Part shown: positions 57,744 through 64,000 of the stretch, one piece after another | Layout: every line of letters starts with the position of its first letter | Numbering within the stretch: position 1 is the first letter of the stretch | Assembly (NCBI RefSeq): GCF_009914755.1 | Contig: NC_060939.1 | Origin: the human T2T-CHM13v2.0 reference genome, Homo sapiens | Length of the DNA: 64,000 bases | Direction: 5' to 3' (one strand) | The notes under the pieces: generated by a model | The model's database searches: none | Seen by the model: the letters and a program-made list of their open reading frames with translations, nothing else | What the model was told of the DNA's origin: nothing | Translations under genes and position numbers: made by a program

Positions 57744-59449
57744 ACATTTGTCAGGAATCAAGGTGTCCAGTTTTGTGCTACAAGTTCTGGGAAAATAAGA
57801 AGAGATGTCAAGAGAAGAGTTTCCAGCTTAGTTGGTCTGATGCACATTAATGTACTGAAAACCGTTCTGAAAGCTAATAATGATGATATTGCAGTATGTT
57901 AACTACTCAAGAAGTTAACACACTGCAAAATAGGGTGTTGGTACTGTCAATCACATGTTTTTCTAAAGAAAGGATTTGGAGAAAAGAATGGGGAAGATTA
58001 AAGCTAAGGAGAAAATACAGTTAAATAAGGAGCTCACATTCCTAATTCTGTTTTATATTTTCCTTCTAACTTAAAGCTAAAATAGAGGTTAGCCTAGCAT
58101 CTTGCAAAAAGGACATATGCAATGTCTATAACCGTCAAAACCACGGCAGGAATTATAAAGACACTCTCCTACAAAACTGAGTTCCATATAGGTAAAGAGC
58201 TAATTCTGTGGGATAAATAATGCCAAACAGAAACTATGACAATTTTCTCCTATTTGCTTAGCATGACATATAGCAATGATTGTGTTTGTTCTACTCGTTC
58301 TGTTGTAACTTAGTCACAGATGATGAAAACCCTCACAGCTTTGAATGGGAACAAGGAACAAGGGCTCCCCCTCCTGGAAAATCTCTGGGCCAGTCTACTT
58401 TTCTTTGTTTTTCAACCAAAAGCAAAACACATTTCCATTTCCACTGCCCTGTCCAAGCATATGAGTACTGCATTGGTAAGACCTTAAATCAGGCACATTA
58501 ATATTTAGTCATTTCATAGGCTATAGGCCTACAGTCCAATCTGAGTACAGTTCATTCCATAATAAGGCACAGAAAGATCTTCACCACTATCCTCTCAGAA
58601 GTACTTTCCCACCATGAATGACTACAAACATCCCAATCCAGAAGAAAAGGAGTAGACTCCACGGAGCCTCTTTGGTGCTGATAAAAGCCAAACTAGAGGC
58701 CACGGCATTAGCTTGTTAGTGAGGAGGAATGGTTAACAGATTCCATGATGAGGTAGGCTTGGGCTCACAGTCACAGGTGATGCCAGACCAGGGCAGGGTC
58801 CCACATAGTGGGAAAGTGCCTCCCTGTAAATGAATGTGAGGAAGCACATGTTCCCTGTGGAAAATGTGCTTCCAAGAGGGAGAAGGGCAAAGATGAGCTG
58901 AGGCCCATTATTCCTCCAAGATTGGCCCATCGGGTCAATGACTTCATCTCACATGTGGCAGAGTAGTAATGGAGTTGGGAGAGAGTGTCACACCAGTAGA
59001 GAACCCTCCACCTGGAAGGCAATGTCATTGCTTCTCTAAAATATTTTAACGCAAAGGCCCTTAGGTAGGCAAAAGGTGGCACACTTGGGGATCTAGAAGA
59101 GGGCCTATGAGGCTGGACTGCAGAGATCAGCACAGACTAGATGGAGTAGTTCCTCAGAATACATACTAAGAATTTTAGTCGTCCTTATTATCAAGACCAA
59201 AAGAGTCTTTATTATAAAGACTAATAAAGACTAAAATCCTAAGTGAAGGGGGAATTACTGAAACATCTTAAGCAAAGAAGTAACTTGAGATTTTTATTTT
59301 AAAATATCACCCTAGCTAGGTGGAAAACAAATCAGTGGTAACACAAGAATAGATATGAAAAGAGCGATGAGGAGGTCTTTGCATTAGTCCAGGTGAAAGA
59401 TGATGCACAGCTTGGATCAGGGTGGGGACAGAAGGAACGACCATGAATG

Positions 59450-59710
59450 GTAATAATTACTGACATTTATCAAGCTCTTACTATGTGTACTAAGAGTTTT
59501 ACATTTTACAGCTCATCTTATCCCACAACATTCTTATGAAATAGGTACTATTATTTCCTTTCTGTAGAAGGGAAATCCAAGGTTCAGAGAGATTAAGTAA
59601 CTTACTAACTTACACGAGTTGACACAGCTTGTAAGTGGTGATTGTAAGAGCCAGGATTTGGATCTAGCAATAGACATTCTGCTCCAGAGCCCACCCTCTT
59701 CACCACTGTG
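59450..59710 (-). mobile_element. MIR
   Basis: ggtactattatttcc...aggttcagagagattaagtaactt...agagccaggatttg. Confidence 0.8.
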
Positions 59711-60460
59711 CTGCCCCAATTCATTGCAAAGCAGTTATCTCTTCTGCTTTCAGAGTAATCTGCCCTTGCTCTCTCTTCCAGTCTGCATTTCAAGCCTGCT
59801 GCCACTTTCTTACCAAAGGAAATTCAGTTTATTTACCTTCTCCTCTCTAGTCAAGCCCTTCAGGCAGAGCCCTCGTTCTACTGCCTGATGTATGCTTACA
59901 GTTTCCTTGGATTCTCTTTCAGTTCCCCTCAAGAATGATTCTCTTGGCCCCTAACAAAGCTCAATGCAGACAAATAGTAGACATAACCACTCCCTTACTT
60001 TAGCTTTCAACAGAAGCACAGTGGCCAAAGTCCTTTATATTTCCAGCATTTACTACTTGGTGGGGGGGTGGGGTGAAGGTGGGGAATAAAGTAAAGAAAA
60101 TGGAGTAAAAATGACAAATTTTTCAGAGATGGGCTACCAAATAAAATATTAATAAAATGGGAAGTATTATTTTTTCTAGAGATCCTCATTATACATGCAA
60201 ATTAAGTATATTGCTTAAGTAAACAAAGCAAATAGAAAATAACAAACTCTGCTATATTAGCAAACATTTGGAGCATTTGGGAGATTGCCTCAATTTTTCC
60301 ACTGGCAAAATGGAACTAATAACATTTCTCATATATTTATAGGACTATCATGGAAATGAGAGCATAGATGTAAAAATATTTCTGCTAAATTGAAAGAATT
60401 ATGCAAATATAGGATTTTTGTGAGTGATCCCAAATAATTCAACTGTATCAAGAAATGCAA

Positions 60461-60775
60461 TGTACTAGTCAGGATAACCAGCTATGCTACAGTAATAACT
60501 CCAAAATCTTCACAGCTTAACCCAGTAAGAGTTTGTTTCTTGTTCATGCTACTTGCCCAACATGAGTCTCCTCATCAGATACTCATAACGGAGCACCCAC
60601 CATCTCCAATGCTTCGAGGTATATTACCAGAGGAAAAAGAAGCTCTGAACAGTCTCACTCTCAAATGTAATGCTTCAACCCAAATGCTCACAACTTACTG
60701 GCCAAAAGAGTCACCATGGGTCCAAAAGACAGAAAGCTAGAAACATTAATGGATATCACTAATGGCTATTGCAAC
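60461..60775 (-). mobile_element. MLT1 (I/J-like) fragment
   Basis: tgtactagtcaggataaccagctatgctacagtaa...ccaaaatct...gcttaac. Confidence 0.6.
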
Positions 60776-60847
60776 CAGTAATGGACGCTAACCTAGTATT
60801 TTGAGAGTAAGAGACATATCTACTAGCAAATATATCAAAAACCAACT

Positions 60848-61182
<335 letters not shown>

Positions 61183-62434
61183 TTAAATTCAGTCCTGTTA
61201 ACGACACATGTAATATTCCTTTGACTATTTCCTCTCCCCATCAGCTAAACAATGTGCCAAATTCCTTAGTTTCACGAACTGGATAGATTCATCTCCCATC
61301 CATAATTCCAGGGTCAAATTAGCTTAAGGCAAGTACATGGCCCACCCTCCTAATTACAATTTTGAATTCAGACACTGGCACATAAACTACGTCAATTCTG
61401 AAATTTGCTGATAATGTAAGCTTTCTCTTTTCTATTGCATTCCAATCTGGAAACAAGTAGCCCTAGAGATTACTAACAGCAACTTGGGGCTATGAGTGGG
61501 GAGGCTGCCAAGAACAAACTCCGCACTAAAAATGCAGGGCCAAGAAATGCAGAGAAAGAAACTAGACCAAGCCTCTCCTGAGACTAGCCCTATCTCTGGA
61601 CTTTTCAGCTACATGATCTGTCCATTCAACTCAAACTAAGTCAATTTGAGTTGGTTTTTCTTTTACTCTCAACCAACCAAACACCAGGTAAGAACATTCA
61701 TAATATATGCAAGATCAGTTTGCTTTTTAAATAATAGCTTACTTGTATCTCTATGTTTGTCTTAAAGAATGCATCCCAGAAGGCTTAAACCCAAATGAGC
61801 TCAGCAGTTGTCCAGAGACACTGCCTACGTCTATGAATCCCACAAGCCCCAGGAGCTTTTGCAATCAGTACCACAGTTTCCTCACTATCAAATCATCATC
61901 CCACATTTGATGAAACATTTGTACATCATGACAACTATAAAAAGTAACCTTCCAGAGCTTGAGGGGGAAAACATCTAGCCCTTCTTGCCACAAAAGGAGG
62001 CAAATACAGTATTTTTATGGTACAATCCAGATTCCAGAGACAGAAATAATCCTGACTAATAAGGGAGAGATTATCTCTAAGCCATAAAATAAAAAACAAA
62101 AAGGGATTGTGTCCACAAACTACTGGCATAAAAGAGGAAGTAGCCAAAAGGCATTTGTACCGCTCAGAAAATATGTGAATTACCCATGTTCATGCAAAGA
62201 ACCCAAAAGAATGCATGTATGGGACCTGGAGATTAGACATCTGGTACCTCACTGATACCAGGAAGAACCCCTGGTAGTTCCTCAGTATCAGCTGACTGTT
62301 GCCTGGTGCAGAGTCCACAGCTTTCCAGGATAGGGGCAATGGAAAGACGACAGTGCTCTTCTACGAACGCTGCTGAGGAAGCCTCAATCACAGAAGAGGC
62401 TTTGCAGAGTGTGTCAATCAATACTGACTACACT

Positions 62435-62465
62435 CATCATCACCACCACCACCACCACCATCATC
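62435..62465 (+). repeat. (CAT/CAC)n trinucleotide repeat
   Basis: catcatcaccaccaccaccaccaccatcatc. Confidence 0.9.
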
Positions 62466-63024
62466 TTAACGTTCTCCTGAGCCTCAGCTCCCAGACTTGA
62501 GCAGAAAACGTGTATGAGGAGGCAAAGAGCAGAGGGCACATATCCCCCAACATTCATTCATTCATTCATTCAACTAATTTTTGTTAAAGTCCTTCTGTGC
62601 TTCAGGCAATAATGTTATTGAGCCAGGGCTACAGACATGAGTAAGCAAAGACCCTCCCATCATCGAGTAAGTTTGTATGTTAGTTGTGGAGAGAGAGGCA
62701 GGAACAAGCAGACAATAAACTTGTAAACTGATGACACAATTTCAGGAGGTGATCATCAAATACTATGACAAAAACAATGAACAATAGAGCAAGAGCACCT
62801 TGCCTGCCAAGACTCCCTCAGGAAGCCTTCTTGCTTGATTTTCCAGGTTAATGCAGTATCAAGATTACCCTACTTGGTGAGACCAGTGGGAATACGTGTC
62901 CCCTAGGGGTGCTCGTTTCCTGGGTGCCCAAAAGAATCCTTTGGGCTATGAGAAATAAAAAAGAACTTCATGTATATTTTAACTAAAAATGTTAAAGTTA
63001 CTAACATTTAATTACTATACACAA

Positions 63025-63044
63025 TATATGTATATGTATATGTG

Positions 63045-63081
<37 letters not shown>
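63025..63081 (+). repeat. Compound (TA)n(CA)10 microsatellite
   Basis: Read directly. Confidence 0.93.
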
Positions 63082-63083
<2 letters not shown>

Positions 63084-63225
63084 ATAGCAAAGACAATATA
63101 ATATCTATATTATCTATAGTAAAAACATATAGTACACACATGCATATATGTGTATACACACATATAAATATTAACAGTAAAGACAATCTATGCATTGTCT
63201 ATATGTATACACACATATAGATTAA

Positions 63226-63390
<165 letters not shown>

Positions 63391-64000
63391 TGAGGAACAT
63401 GCTCATAAACTTTGAAAACTGTGGACTAAACACTTATGGACAAAGGAGCTCATCTGTGCCTCCTCCTTTTAGATCTCATGTCACTAAGACTTGGGCACAT
63501 AATGGAGAACATATAACTTTCTATGTCATAGATTCTCTGGGTCATACAGTGACACCAGATAATGGTATTGCCTCCTTCCATCTCCAGGCGCTATGCTGAA
63601 CACTATATCATCTCAGGCAGTCCTTAAAAAATCCAATGAGCTGTGACTATTTCAGCACCATTTTACAGATGAGGAAACTGAGGCTTTGAACAGTTGTGAG
63701 GGTTGCCCATAAAAGCAAGTATTGTACAATCCTGTGTTCTCCCAAATGGTGTTTCGTGAGCAACGAGTCAGAAACTAGGAAGTCTCTAGACTGCCTTTTG
63801 GTTAATGGACTCACTGGCCCTCATCCGACATCCTTCACTCTGGTGAAGAACAGAACCTCTCTAAACTAAAGCACAGTGAAGAGCTCACATTAATTCAATC
63901 AGCTGGAGCAGTCACTTCCAGTCCTTTCAATCTAGGGAGAACATTGCTGGGCTTGTCTAGGGAGCTCATTTTCCATCTAGACCCCAGGAACAGAGATAGT

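Noticed and set aside
62233-62421. Minus-strand ORF with a possible GAG|gtacca donor
   Set aside because: No convincing acceptor and no P4-ATPase similarity.
62306-62500. ORF with a poly-His run resembling a His-tag
   Set aside because: It comes from a natural (CAC/CAT)n microsatellite; there is no vector or construct context.

Overview
Human genomic DNA, entirely inside the minus-strand gene ATP8B4 (P4-type phospholipid flippase, 15q21.2 by recall). Human origin is supported by an AluYb8 insertion. Six small coding exons (53810-53697, 51038-50940, 45175-45114, 17263-17191, 8567-8497, 3103-3021; 502 nt) have GT-AG ends and matching phases. They splice into one open frame, [10 protein letters not shown]...LLILQ|LIPEISSL...DATDDY|FRHKSD...INSK|LQNEKW...QFVA|ADLLLL...ELDG|ETNLKV...GFDG, covering TM1-TM2 and the actuator-domain DGETN motif. 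The rest is AT-rich intron dense in repeats: Alu, L1PA/L1M, L2, L3, MIR, MaLR/ERVL/ERV1 LTRs, DNA-transposon MITEs and microsatellites. Nearly all ORF-track entries are spurious or repeat-derived. I found no convincing novel multi-gene system. The best leads are: (1) several cryptic-exon candidates, especially a 145-nt open exon (38131-37987) with strong splice sites, the same phases as a real exon and a nearby UG tract; (2) a young AluYb8; (3) a twin-primed inverted L1; (4) a four-level nested transposon stack; (5) MITE hairpins (MER53, MADE1); (6) a micro inverted triplication. Repeat subfamily names are recalled from consensus sequences, not from an alignment, and boundaries of old repeats are approximate.
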